Source: Cirrosporium novae-zelandiae
Taxonomy: Eukaryota
DNA length: 64,000 bases
Assembly: GCA_026023565.1 (NCBI GenBank)
Contig: JAPETS010000002.1
Location: forward strand, 496,001-560,000
Reading direction: 5' to 3'
The notes below the pieces were generated by a model. That model was not told the DNA's origin, did not search any database, and saw only the letters and a program-made list of their open reading frames with translations. Shown here piece by piece: positions 50,093 through 63,394 of the stretch (position 1 is its first letter; each line of letters starts with the position of its first letter). Position numbers and translations under genes: made by a program.

Positions 50093-50857
50093 TCATCGCT
50101 CGTGCATATCTGGAACCTCCGTCGCGCTTTTCGCTTCCAACGCCGCCCATGCAGCTAGTCGTACTCTCGCTCTTACGGATTCTTCCATACACTCATCTAT
50201 ATGTACTTGTTCTATCTCCTGAGGACTTGGCTCATCCCACCAATCTGTGATATCTTCTTGACGAAACGGTTCCAGTGGCATCCTTGGCTTCCAGACCAAA
50301 ACCTTCACATTCCGACTTTTCAGCGTCTTCACAATCCAAGCCAATGGCCTAAGATACTCCAAACTTTTGGGACCTGGAATGAGATCCGCAGGCCAGATGG
50401 TTATTCCAAGCGATGATAGACGTTCAAACTTTAGGAGTTGGTAGAGGACATGGCCTGGATCATACCCTGTGACGCTTCCACAGATGAGATGTAACAGGAC
50501 GTTGATATTTCGAACAAATTGCAATGGTCTTCCCTGATCATATCGAATGAACTTTGGTATCTCATCGACCCCTCTGAAACTGAACACGCTGGCAGAATAG
50601 AAGACCTCTTTGGCTTCATCGGCGATCTGGGGGTTGGAAAGTTGAGGGTCGCAGAGAGGATGAATATATGTAAGACTACTCTTCGTTGAAGGCGAAATGT
50701 CACCAAGGAATAGATGGTCGCTGCCGAAAATGAGGGAACTTGGATGTAATTTATTGCATCCAAAGTAGTAGGAGTAGATGATGAGGCGGACTTCGAAAGG
50801 TAGAGCAACGAAGCGGTCGAGTAAGCTAGGCGAATTTCGTGAGAGGGTCCCAGACAT
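50093..50857 (-). CDS. Hypothetical protein with F-box-like N-terminal motif
   Basis: FVALPFEVRLIIYSYYF, QIADEAKEVFYSASVFSF and FVRNINV match the layout of common fungal F-box-like hypotheticals. Confidence 0.65.
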   Translation of the reverse strand: MSGTLSRNSPSLLDRFVALPFEVRLIIYSYYFGCNKLHPSSLIFGSDHLFLGDISPSTKSSLTYIHPLCDPQLSNPQIADEAKEVFYSASVFSFRGVDEIPKFIRYDQGRPLQFVRNINVLLHLICGSVTGYDPGHVLYQLLKFERLSSLGITIWPADLIPGPKSLEYLRPLAWIVKTLKSRNVKVLVWKPRMPLEPFRQEDITDWWDEPSPQEIEQVHIDECMEESVRARVRLAAWAALEAKSATEVPDMHER

Positions 50858-51323
50858 TGTTTCCAATTGCTTAGTCTAATAAGAATATGATAATATTTAT
50901 TAAGGGATTGTGTGAAATATGCTGATTGAAACTTGCGACATGTTGAAGGTAGAGTGTTGTGAGGATCGTGAGTGACTTCCTCGGGGGGACGGGTCTTTGT
51001 AACCCCGCACTCGCCAACTTTATTTTCGGGGCGTGGGGGGATATTTTGATTGCGAGAGTCACGGCTCACGAGAGACCAGTTAAGAGATGAATTGTTTATA
51101 GAAATATTTTTCTCTTTATTCATGTAGCAACTATGATATGGCTATCGCATCATGCCCTTATCGCTATTAGCGAAGGTGCTATATCAAACCAACGTTGTAC
51201 TGTACTGTACAGTACTATGCATGAAACTAGCTGTAAGAGAGTTCCCCAAATGCTCTCATACCTTTCCGGTCATAACATTATTCTATTTCTTTTCTAAGTC
51301 TTTCATCGTTTTAAGCATTCACA

Positions 51324-53674
51324 TCACTCCCCCGGAACAAATTTCCATCCTTCATCTGTCTGGCTCAATCGGACTTTTGTCTCTCTAGCATCTCTTTCCA
51401 TGTCCCCGAGAGTATGCACAACAGACTGGCGCTCTTTGCTATCAGAATCAAGCCCAAGATATATCAACGGTAGGGGTGAAGACTTCCAAACATGTCGCGA
51501 AGATTCTATTATGGAGAGCGACGTGAAGAGGATAGCAAAGAAAACCTCAGCGAGGGGAAGTATCAACCATTGCCAGCGAACGCCAACACAGGTATTAGTC
51601 GTATGGACGATTCCAATAGCGGGTTCACTGTTTGAACTGTCTCCATTTTGACGCATGTGGATTGTCATTGCTTCAGCAATACGTTCAAAAGTCGCGTTGG
51701 TTGTTGAAAGGGTGGCCTGGCCAGCATTAAATCTGTATCAAGGCATTAATATTATCGCCCACAAGAGCTTGTAAATTTGCAGCTGAGATCATCAAGCAGA
51801 ATGCTTCAGATGGCAAATATTACTTAGTAAGGGGCTTCCTCAAGTCACTCTCCACTATTTTGGTTGCTGGTCTCAACCTTAGGCACTTACAATATTTGTT
51901 GCCACCCTCCAGACACACTTTGCGGATACGGCCCACTAACAGTTCCAGTAAAAAATTCCTCGAAAAAGGTTTCCATACCATTTTCAGCTGCATATCCCAG
52001 TCCATATGCACATTTCTTAGGGGCCAGAGGGAAGTCGTTGCCTATGATCCAATCGCTGGCTATTTCCGTAGAGTTTAATGTCGCCCTTTGTGCATCGGTT
52101 AAACAAGACGTTTGGATGGTAGTAAAATTTGGGAGATTGCTTCCAGTCGTTAAATATTCTTGCATCGGAACTATAGATAAAACTTTCTCCTGAAGTTTAG
52201 CATTTTTGATCGCTCCGCCGTATTGCCGTAAGCAGGGGTAGAGACTACAGCCAGCAGCCCAGTAATCAGTGGTCAGACAACTATCAGAATCCGAGCAAGA
52301 ATCAGCGAGCCTCTGCATGACCATTAATATAGCACCTAAATAGCCCGAATCCGGAGTCGAGCTGTAGGAGCCACCAGCGCTCTGGAGGAAATCCCCATTC
52401 TGTGGATTCATAGTCAAATTTAAATAACTATTGCTCAAAGTATAATTGCAATTGTACTCAATGTCTCCCCCTCTACTACCAGAATATGTTGTATTTCCGC
52501 AAGTTTTGTGAACTTGGTTTGTCAAATCACTGCAACTATTGCACACCCCAATAGACCAATACTTTTGAGGAAAAGTGCAGTTTCCAGTTGGACAATCAAA
52601 CGAAAGTGACGGAATACTTTCATATACACCGCTGTAGATTGCCTTTTGCATGGAAAGATCAAGAGAGGTTTCTCCTGCGCCTATGTGACCCCCGCCTATG
52701 GAATAATAATTTGTCCTCGGAATGCTGGCTGCACTTGAGCTGCTCCCACCTCCTAGCTGTTGGTCGCAGGTATAGTATCGGATGACTTGTTGAGCGAAAG
52801 GGTCAATGGCAAGCGCAAGAACGATTACAACAGCACCAAATGAAGCGACTAGATGCCTATACCAAGGGATTAGTACCCGAAACGAACAAACACAAAGATA
52901 ATTCACCGTCCACGAAGAGTCCAAAGCAATCGAGCTGCACCCCAAGGACCCCGGCTTGCAAGGTCGAATACACTTAGGTCCTTTAGGGGGCGTGCATTAT
53001 GGTACCAGCGCCATTTAAACTGGCTAATTCCTATGCGGTTCTTAGCATCATGCTTTCCACTATTGGTTATGTAGAAATGAGATGGAACACTCTGCCAAGT
53101 GTACACACCTCCTTCCGAGCCCAGCGAGAAAAATCACTGGGCCCTGAATCACTATTTAGCAGATCTCCCTGACATGCTATATTCAAAAGAAGTCGATTCC
53201 GATCGGAAATTAACTTTTATATCAAACATGATGCTGCCTGAAGACCTCCGAAATGCAAGTAATCCAAGTTTCAAAGCCACATTTATTTTAGTCACTGCAC
53301 TTGCGGTTCGCATGTACAGATACATAACAAGAGGACCGTAGCCTGAATCAATTCCACGTACCTTCTGCAAGTGGTAGCATCATAGCACCCTTCAAAACCA
53401 CCAGGAATACACTAATCAACGTGTTGACGGAGATCTGGTGAGGCCAGTCAGGAAGCGGTCGGCCTTGATGAATTGCAAGGGTAATTATAATGGCAGCCAG
53501 GGCGACGAGAGTCAAAATACAACAAAAGATTTCTTGCCACCAGTGAGCAAAAAAAGAGCCAACATTCTTATCCTTATATACGACAGGCTTTTCGGAATCA
53601 TCGGAGGAAGAACCCAAGAGACCGGATTCGGCATCAGATCTATTATTCTTGACCCGAGAGGAAAGATTCGACAT
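51324..53674 (-). CDS. DUF3176-type membrane protein, about 4 exons
   Basis: WWQEI, GRPLPDWP, ISVNTLIS, EGISQFKWRWY, FDLASRGPWGA, AIDPFAQQ, CPTGNCTF, VRWQWLILP, WKSSPLPL. Confidence 0.82.
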
Positions 53675-55575
53675 TTTCAATATATCAACAGAACATATCG
53701 CATAGAAGGTTAGGAGGGCATAATATATAATTTGGATTATTAAAAGGAAAGTTGATGAACCGTTAGCCTGATCTTATTATATCTTTCTTCATGCTGAGCC
53801 CCAAACATGGCCAAGGAATGTAAGAGGCAGAGAGCCTATTGATGACAAGGTGACAGGGAACTTGAAGTGAAGATACATGTAACTAAACTATGAGAGTTTG
53901 CACGTAGGTTGTCTACCTACTCCAAACAGTCATTTGCCATTATCCATTGTGGAAATTTTGATCCTTCAGGATGTCAGCCTTAGTGCCGTGGTGCCTTGGT
54001 CTAATAGCTTTCGTCGGAACTTATCTGAACGGGACACCAAACACACCAAATACGCAAATACGCAAATACGCAAATACGCAACTCCGGCGCAGAACGGGGC
54101 CTGCAGTCTAGTGCCTCACAGTACTCTTATAAAGATTCACAGTTGCATAGCATCTCAATCAAAATTCAAACTTCAAACTTCAGGCCCATAAACTTATCAA
54201 AAAACTGGCAAATTAAAAGTTACTCAGACAGCCACTGAAGATTCAATCGCAGATGAGTTTTTGTTCCAGATGCCAGGCTGTATATACACATGACCATTAT
54301 CTATAGGCAGAGCTCGTACCTCCAGAAGTATACACTATCTGTGATTTCATCGAATAAAGATGAAGGATTACATTTATAAAAAAATATCTATGCTATCAAG
54401 TATACCGTTCAGTCTTAGAATATAATATCCCACATATTCCTATCCGAAACCACAAGACTAATATATACTGTGCATGTACCTATTCAATAAAGATCCCCAG
54501 AAAGTTCCAGCTATTCAAAGTATATTGAGGGAATGATACCGTTTATGTACCCCACACGTGCCCCACAGGAGGGTCTACTCGAGTACTGTAATTATGCTCT
54601 AAAGACAAACCAGTCAAACAAAGAAATTCCATAATTCACAATGTTCAGCTTGGGTTAGACGATATGCAGGCAAATAATTTCTGGAAAATGCCAAGACGGG
54701 TTTAAGGAATCAAAGCTGCAGGTTATCCCGAGAGTCCGGACTTATCTACCTTTCTATCTTGAACGAACAGAAGAATACTCAGCACAAACCTCCCACTCTT
54801 GGAGCCTCAGGCAAGCACAGCATAGCACAGCATAGCACAGCATAGCACAGCTCCCGCCCCACCTCGAGAGAAAATAAACAATTCGCCGAAAGCCTTTAAT
54901 ATCTGAACTATAGAAGCCCCCCCCGATAAAAAAGCTTTCAATCAACCAATCAATTAATCAACGTCTCAACCAGCAGCTTCAGCAAAAAAAAAAAGTTTTT
55001 GTTCTCTCTCTCTAAGATATTGCCTCTAGAGTTGGGATTTTAGATTTGGCATATAACACATCACCAGTAAATGAATATGTATCTCTGCAAGAAGGAATCA
55101 ATTGATCTGTAAGGGTAAGGTTAAAGGTATAGAAGATATAAAAAGTTGATACATTATTTTAAAGGGAGGTTTATTACCTCCTAAGGCTACCCTTTCAGCC
55201 TCAAGTGTTTGTTATAAACTAGGTTTTGGGTAGTTATGTGAGTTTGGTTCTTTAGGGAATGTTGGTTAGGCTTAGATAGGACCGTGGTGTGGTGCCTTGG
55301 CCTTAAACGGTAGTATCTACAATTCTATAAATTTGGATATAAAAAGGTTATAGATAGGAATTATCTATTAGCTAGAGAAATAGTCTCATATGTGCTATAA
55401 AAGCTCATTCCCTCGGGAGATCATACAACAAAAGGTATTCCTAGAACTCCGTTATCGGTTCTGGACTCATCATTGCAAGGAACGCCAAAAAAAAAAAAAC
55501 AAGCAGCCCCGCTTAGGCCTAGGTATCAAATCGTTAAACGACAAAAAAAAAGGAATAGAACCGTTAGACTGTCCT

Positions 55576-56889
55576 TTATCCTACCAGTGCCAAACATAAC
55601 TTCCCGAAATCACCGCTGGTCTCACCCCGCACTCGCTCTGCCAGCTCTTTTTTGTACCTGTGCCGGTAGGCGCCCTTGACCATTTGCATGTGGTCCCTAT
55701 TCCAATGTGCCCGAACAAGTCGCTGGACTAGCAGGTAATCCTTGGTGCCAATGCCCTTCATAGCAGCTTCAAGCGCCATCGCGTCTTTCATAGCAGGATC
55801 GGCGCCCGCTCGCAAAAGTTCAAGAAGTGCGGATTCCATATGACCGGAAAATGACTTCTCGATCGTTTTGTCAAGATCTTTGTGGAATTTCTCGTGATAG
55901 CGACCCGAGATAGCGCGAAGTTGACCTGATGAGCGAGAGGAAATGATATCACATACTTCAAGCTGGTTTGTGCCGCCAGCACCGTGCATAGCTTTATGAA
56001 GGCGATCGACGTCTTGGTCGATGCTTTGAGGAATTATAGGTGCGCTTTCTTCGGCGCGTTGAGCGGAGAGAACCATTTTGAACAACATCTCGGTCTTGAG
56101 AGAAAGATCATCCGCGATATCCTTTTCTAGCGGCCTTCCAATCTTCAAACGATATGCCTCCTTGATTGCGTGCATATCAGCATTAGTACGGCCTAGTATG
56201 ACATCATCGAGGAGCGACTCTTTGGTTCCAGCGCCCTTTAGAGCTTTGTCAAGGTTATAGACGTCTTGGAGGAGAGGTCCCCGAACAAGAGAGAGAAGAC
56301 CTTTCTGGAAGTAACCAGAAGTTTCCTTTTCAACATCTTTCTCCAGGTCGCGATTATGTCGTCGTAAATATGCTGCTCGAATCGCAGCCATTTGAACAGG
56401 ATCTGGTCTGACCAATGCTTGAATGAGTACAGTTTCATTTGTACCAAAGCCTTTCATAGCTTTGCGCAGCTCTTCGGCGGCGCTGTCTATAGGGTATGGC
56501 ATAGGTACTTGTCGACTATCGTAGCCGGGAGACGGAGGTGTTGGAGCGCTGTAGGGCTGTTGCATGCCATATTGTGGAGCTCCATACTGCTGAGGAGGTG
56601 GATAGCTTTGTGGTTGTGCGCCGTATTGTTGAGGGTATGATTGAGGTGGTTGGCCAAATTGCTGTTGGGGATAGTTTTGTTGCTGAGGAGGATAGTTCTG
56701 TTGAGGAGGATATTGACCAGGCGGGGGAGCTCCAAATCCTTGTTGTTGTTGTTGTTGTTGTTGTTGTGGATATTGTTGATATCCCCGTGGAGGATATTGT
56801 CCCGGAGGGCCTGGAGGAGGTCTGTTATATCCAGGCTGAGGCGAATGTGTTGGTGGGGCATAATAGCCTTGCATAGGTGTGTATGACAT
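55576..56889 (-). CDS. Annexin with Pro/Gln/Tyr/Gly-rich N-terminal tail, intronless
   Basis: Four annexin repeats (AMKGFGTNE, ALKGAGTKE, AMHGAGGTNQ, AMKGIGTKD; ETSGYF, ETSGDF). Confidence 0.95.
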   Translation of the reverse strand: MSYTPMQGYYAPPTHSPQPGYNRPPPGPPGQYPPRGYQQYPQQQQQQQQQGFGAPPPGQYPPQQNYPPQQQNYPQQQFGQPPQSYPQQYGAQPQSYPPPQQYGAPQYGMQQPYSAPTPPSPGYDSRQVPMPYPIDSAAEELRKAMKGFGTNETVLIQALVRPDPVQMAAIRAAYLRRHNRDLEKDVEKETSGYFQKGLLSLVRGPLLQDVYNLDKALKGAGTKESLLDDVILGRTNADMHAIKEAYRLKIGRPLEKDIADDLSLKTEMLFKMVLSAQRAEESAPIIPQSIDQDVDRLHKAMHGAGGTNQLEVCDIISSRSSGQLRAISGRYHEKFHKDLDKTIEKSFSGHMESALLELLRAGADPAMKDAMALEAAMKGIGTKDYLLVQRLVRAHWNRDHMQMVKGAYRHRYKKELAERVRGETSGDFGKLCLALVG

Positions 56890-57532
56890 TATTGGAAAAT
56901 GTGTTATTGAAAACCTTTTGTTTCAAGTAGAGTCAAGAACAAAGATCAAATAATGATATGACGAAGAAAGAGGGAAGAGTAAGGTGGGTAGAAGGTTCTT
57001 ATATAATTATCTAGTCTACTTGTTAGTATGTTAGGATTAATTAAGAGGAAGGATTCTTAGCCCTTTCTTCCATGGTGGTTTTGCCCTTGCCCCCATGATG
57101 ATGATGACGGAATAACGGAATGGGGGGCTGGTAAGGCTGATTTACTACACAGCCTTCCCTGGCACGCCATCATCACACCAATAATATTTACAAACGCCAC
57201 AGAATTCATTATGCATTATGCACTCATAATTATTCACATGCACTAATTACACAAATGTGGTGTTCTACTTAATACTACAAGTATAACCGCCAAGTTAATA
57301 CCACGTGCCATGTATTAACGTCGAAATGCTATACGTAACAAGGTAATAAGCATATCATAGTATAAACCTTGTCCTCAATTTCCTTCAGGCTCCAGCACTA
57401 CTTTCACAACGTAGAAATAAACGGGGATTACCATAAGCTAAATATCCCTCACAGCAATGGGGCTTAGATGGTTTATCAACCAAGGATCCAAGTAATTTCC
57501 CGCCACACCTTCACAAAAAATTTCTCTTACTT

Positions 57533-59221
57533 TTAACTTTGCGAAACACTCAAATTATCAATATATGCAACATCAGCCTCATCCTCGCTGGAATATCCAG
57601 ATAGTTCCACAGTGGCACTGCCAGCAACGGTTGAATACTGCCACACGCTTGTTCCAATAACTCCGCTATCCGTGGTTAAGAACGCAATCTTATGACTGGT
57701 ACCGCCATTGATACTGAGACTCGCAAACGAAGTATTGGAAGCCGTATTTGTATAATTGAACGCGATTGTATAATCACCGTCGGATGGGAAGGACACGCTC
57801 TCCCAAGTGATGGTGCCATCACTCGAACCGCCAATAGGACCAACGACATAGCCGGAACTAGCTGCAGAGTTGGCCACCGTGCTTGCATCGCCCGTGCTTG
57901 TCGCATCCTCAGCAAGATATGTATCAAGCGTTGGCACAGTGATGTCCCCCGAGGAAAAGTCAACCTCAAAATGATCCCAGTAACTCATACTCGCTGTTCT
58001 GGCATCAGCATCAAGAGTTAAAGGGAGCCATATATACCGAGAGGACCAAAGCGCCGAGGAATGCCAGCGGTCGCCTAGGTAGAGGAAGCTCGTGGCATTA
58101 CTAGAGAATACCGAAGAGGAGCCAATAGTAGTTGGTCCGAGGGGAAGGACAAAAGTTGTTTGAGAATTATAAGTTTTCTTTGCCGATGGAGCAAAGTATC
58201 CAAAGTCGGCCCAGGGACCATAGATAGACGTAGCTGTGCTGTACCTATTAGCGTTCTGAAAATTAAAGACAGTTAGCTGACTTGGGACGATATCTATCTT
58301 TGGAGCACAGAAAGAGAAGACATACTGCGCTCCATCCACTGAGTGTGCTCCCAAAGAAGAAGTAGACACCATCTTTTTTCACCATCGCCGGTGCTTCTAA
58401 ATCCTCCTCATATGTATACGTCTCATTAACTACGGCTGTATAATTCGCAGAAAGCTGATAAAGTCTTGCGCCATTCGCTCGATCCTCGGACATGAGATAG
58501 GCGGTTGAATTAGCATCATCATCCACGAACAACCCCATGTCGCGAGAAATATGACTAAAGGGGCGAGCCGAGCCGAGGTAATCGTAGTCTCCGCACACGG
58601 TATCACAAGTAGCAACACCGGCTTTGGCTGCAGAATAATCACTATTGTCAACATGCATCCACATGACATATTTCTCGGTAAGTTCATTGTAAATAATCTT
58701 TGGGCGTTCAATAACGGATGTGGGCGTAAGGTCATCAACGGTAGTAGTGGCGGTCAACAGGTTGTTGACGAATTCCCAAGTCGTAAGATCTGGAGAGCGG
58801 TAGCACTGGGATACATGGTCAGGTCTAATATGATATTATAGAAGATGCTGTAGGGTATGTTGTAAGTGGCACTTGAAATTTTATGAGATTGAAAATAATA
58901 AGTCATGCTTGCACATCAGACTCGGCAACCACGTACTGCAACGCTGTTAAAACGACTTCCAGAAGTGTTGTCTTCTGTATAAGTTTTATTCTCGCCCACT
59001 GCATAGTAGTACTATAGAAGCTGTTAGTATTCCCTAGTGGTACTTAGAAGTACGTATGCCTAGGTATAACCAACCCCATCAACATAGATAATTCCGGTTC
59101 CATGGGCTTGCATGTGAGTCCCGGTGTTTTCGACTGTCCATGTTGCGCCTGGGTGAATACTTTTAGCTAGACTCCCAACAAGCATGGACAGTAAAATGAA
59201 TGCTGCTTTGAAAAGTGCCAT
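57533..59221 (-). CDS. Secreted glycoside hydrolase family 43 (exo-beta-1,3-galactanase-like, GH43_24) with C-terminal CBM35/CBM6-type module, multi-exon
   Basis: Signal peptide MALFKAAFILLSMLVGSLA, then QAHG, YYAVGE, ERPK, WMH, SRD, EAP, TYNSQ, YLGDRW and YIWLPL. The C-terminal module starts YLAEDA and ends IDNLSV. Confidence 0.88.
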
Positions 59222-60141
59222 TTTGCACTACAGAAAGAGACAATGAATCAATTGGAGATTTAAGAGATATCTGAAAGCAATATATATCGTTTCACAATAT
59301 ATATTTCTCTTTTCTTGCTCATAGTCACAATCACACCGGAAATCGGATCAATATTCAATATTTGTCCGGCAGAAAACCACACACATCATCCCGGGTGGGC
59401 TAAGGGGTTCCTGCGTAGAATCCATGTCGTAGGCATCAGGTACTGGCATTGCCCTTCAGATATCGGTATTTCCCCCGGGTAGACATCAAACTCCCCAGGC
59501 TTACCCCACATATTATGATAATCCCAGCTATATATAGCAAACATGGTTGGCGAACCGACGGAAAATCCGATTCCGATAACCTTTCATGTCACCGTGCCAT
59601 GCAGTAGTTGTTAGTTGTCCATCTTCCGTATCTAGTTGCCATGTTTCGTTCCTGAAGAATTGGTTAGTCTTGGCAAGCGCTTGCAGATAACCTGATTTGA
59701 AAGAGCTGGTATAGTTTGCGGGAGGGACATTTTAACTTGAAGGGGTCGAGAGCCTTTAGAAATGTTTTATTTTGATATTATAGTGATTATTATACCTGTA
59801 GAGAGTTGAAGTTGGAGATACAGAGGCACAAGAGGTCAAGTCGAAACAAACAAATCAAATTCGAATTCCGGAACATCCCGTCCCAAAGCTTCAATTCTGT
59901 CTTGAATTGCTGTATTGTGGTATACTTTGGTGATACAAAGGATACAAAGTAGAACTGGAAGATATTCTCAATAATCTCACCTCTCATCTCCGTTTCACCA
60001 CCAATCATTAAATCAAGACCCCCCCCTCTCCCATCGGCTGCCTAACCTCCACCGGAATTTAAGATTTGAACAAGAAATCGGAAACTCCTCTTTTATCTTC
60101 TCCAGGACGACGAATAATTAATTAAGAGCAAATTATACACA

Positions 60142-60523
60142 ATGTTCCGCCCAACCTCACCCCTGCTGATGGGTAATCTATGGTACCTCTACCATCCCGA
60201 CTTTACTATACCTTCCGTTAACCCCGTACCTCAGGAAAATCCCCTGGCGCCTCTCTCGTCCCCAAAAGCTCCGCCACCGACGTCGTCTACGTGCTGTTGA
60301 CAAGGTTGTTGAAACTGTCTCTGCTGCCCTAGCCCGCCAGAACAAAACAATCGAAGCCGTCGAACGATGGAAGAAAGAAATGCCAACGGAGGAGGAAATG
60401 CGACCAAAGGATAAATACAGTGTTTTCGCGAGATATGAGAAGACGTATAGGAAAGGTATACACAAAGTTCCCAAGTGGACAAGGATTGGAGCTAGTCAGA
60501 GAGTGAATCCTCCTGGGTTTTAG
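60142..60523 (+). CDS. MRPL31: Mitochondrial large-subunit ribosomal protein mL60, intron 60183-60234
   Basis: Not in the ORF track. Spliced MFRPTSPLLMGNLW-KIPWRLSRPQKLRHRRRLRAVD...MRPKDKYSVF...RKGIHKVPKWTR...VNPPGF*. Confidence 0.9.
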
Positions 60524-61006
60524 ACGTTGCGAGATGCGCAGTTGGTATCATTGTGGTTAGGACGTAGCGAGAACTTCAATGATGGGGATTCTCCAGCAAG
60601 ATCTAGGACATTCAGGCAAACTAATGTCTGTTTTGTATGAGCCGGCCATACAGTATATTATCTGTTCCAAAGGATCATGAACGATTTAAACAACACTAAA
60701 GATATTTTTTCGTTATACGAATCGTTGCAATCTACAGCCGTGAATCCTGAGGCACAAAAGCAGAAGTCAGGGGAAGCGCTGTCGATGTTTGCAACTGCAA
60801 TGACTACATTGTCTACGCAGAGTGCCCAGAACTGTTATATGGGAATGCTAAAGTACAGGAGGGAAATAGTCCAAAGGCTTTCAAAAGGACATAAAATATC
60901 TTCTTTTTGAATTATCATATCCGCGTCAGTCTATCGATTTGCTTGGCATCCGTAAAGTTTACTCATCCTAGTTCTTCAAACTTTGGTTTTTTGTCGTATC
61001 ACTTGA

Positions 61007-62899
61007 TTAGTCCTCATCCCAGTTTGCGTTAGGCCCGGGTGGTTTAGGTCCCCCTGCCTGCCTGGCCACAATAATTTGGTCCACACTCAATACTGTTCTG
61101 ACGGCCTCGGTTGCCAGTTTAAGAGCCCACTGCTTGCATATCAACAAATCTAAGATCCCCTCTTCCTGTACATCCAATATACCCGTCCCGTCGGTGTTCT
61201 CAAGATCCACGCCAGCGGTCCAGTCGGCCTCGCCACCTTCTTCATCTTCCCCATCTTCCTCTTCATCTGATGCGGATGACTCTGAAGCTGAGATAGCAGG
61301 GGCCGCGCGAACTGGTTTCTTACTGGATTTGGTAGTGGTGGTAGATGCTTCAGGTCCGGAACTATGATGTGCAGAACGTAGGCGGGCTAACACCTCTGTT
61401 GCGTCCAAACCAGCACTCTCCGCCAAAATCTTTGGTACAACTTCCAGGGCTTCACCAAACTTTCCCATTGAATACTGCGCAAGTCCGGCCGTCCTTTCTG
61501 CTTTTCGACTGACACGCTCTCCTAATTGCATCTCTGCAGCCCCAGCCCCTGGGACAAGTCTTGCATCACGGGTGACGGCTTTGATGACATTCACACCATC
61601 ATCAATAGCACGCTCAACATCATCAAGGAGATTCTGGGTAGCGCCACGTAGGACAAGGGTTGCAGTCCGTGTAACAGATTCAGATTCTTGTCGGAAAACA
61701 GTCACTCGATCGCCCCCAATCTCCAGGGTCTCTACCACATCAACATTACCCATTTCATCAGGCATCGGTGCTCCAAGGCGAGCAAGTGGAGTAGCACCTA
61801 CGACACGACAGAGACGGCGGAGTTCAAATTTTGACAGAATTTTTATAACCAGGATACCATTGCGGTTGCAGTAATGCTGAGCGAGCTCGCCAACTGTTGA
61901 TCCCGCCACTAAAACACGTAGACCTGAATCGGCGAGAGCCTTGATGGCATCAGAGAGCTGGCTCTCTTCACCCTTGGTAAAATCAAGCATTTCCTTAGCA
62001 TTGTGTAAGAGAACGGTGCCCTTTGTTTCAGTCTGTGAAATATCAATTGGGCAGCTAAAAACACCGACTTTTGCTTTCTTTGCATTTCTAACGGAGCCAG
62101 AAGGCTCACGAGCGAATACCATTCCGCGGACCACACGAGATTGGTTGAGGGAACCACCCATGATTTTGACTACACGAATTGTGTCGACATTAAACGCGGC
62201 AGGGTTCTTAGGGAGGACGGCAAGGACCGCCTCAGAGACAAGAGAGGCAAGAAGGGATGCCGAGGATATTTGTTTAGAGGCGATAACGGGGGTAAGGGCT
62301 TTAGCTAGCTCGGAGGGGGTACGAAGGTCTTTAACCCGCTCGACTTCGAGTTCTATAGTCATTAGTTTAGCGATAATTTAGATAAAATAGATTATGTGGG
62401 AAACAAACCTTCTAAGCTCTGCAATGCATACTCCATTGCTCTCTCATAACCTTGAACAATGTCACTTGTCTTTAACCCCATTCTTAACAAATCCTCTGCT
62501 TTTTTCAATAACTCCCCAGCCAGCACTATCACTAAATTTGTAGCATCACCTAGCTCTGCTTCTTGCTGTTGGCTTGCCATGACAATCAGCTTCGCAGCTG
62601 GGTGCACAACATCGAGTTCTCGTAGGATTGTAGCCGCATCCGATGTTAATGTCATTTTCTGAAGGTGATTTATGACGATTTTATTACGGCCATATGGGCC
62701 AAAAGATGTTTCGACCGTTTGCGATATCGCACGGCAAGCTTCGATATTCCGCAAGACAGCACCATCTTCAGACTCATAACTAAAATGTTATTAGTTATGT
62801 TGTTCAAATATCAAGACGGATGGTGGGAAGTGAAGATTACTTGTTGTATCCTTGTTTGAACAGGCCGCTGTTCGGCGCCGATGGCATAGACAAAGACAT
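61007..62899 (-). CDS. CCT8: T-complex protein 1 subunit theta, 3 exons
   Basis: MSLSMPSAPNSGLFKQGYN, SFGPYGRNKIVINHL, ETKGTVLLHNAKEM, VERAIDDGVN and the C-terminal AGGPKPPGPNANWDED. Confidence 0.96.
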
Positions 62900-63228
62900 C
62901 TTGACGATTAAATAGTAAATCGGCAGACACGAAACTTGATAAAGAGCCTTCTGTAGCTCGGATATCAAATATAAGATGCGCTTTCCAAGCTCAGAATGTG
63001 GTGGAGTTTTGGCTCACCAAATCTATTTTTTGTTTGTGATGTTTGCACTCTCTTCCGCATATCAATGTAAATCTTGTCTCCAATCAACTAGTTTAACAAA
63101 ACTTTCCCTACAATTCATACCCTACCCTACGTACCTATCTATCAAATCTCGAGCCAAGTAGCTCACGCTTTTTACAGTAAGCTTTTCTAATCCCTTTTAT
63201 CATTACAATTTCCAAACCCATTTATTTA

Positions 63229-63394
63229 CTGTGGTGTTAGGCGAAATACTTCCTAGTACAGACTACTTAATTTCACCTTCTAACGATATGAGGCAACAAC
63301 TATACCTAGTATCGCCTAACGGTTACTTGATCTGGTTAAATTCCGTGTAGAGCCCCCTCGTTGTAATAGAGATTATTTCGCCTGACACCACCAC
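63229..63394. mobile_element. MITE-like element, copy 2 of the family at 12107-12274
   Basis: TIRs GTGGTGTTAGGCGAAATA / TATTTCGCCTGACACCAC, and interior homology to 12107-12274. Confidence 0.65.
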
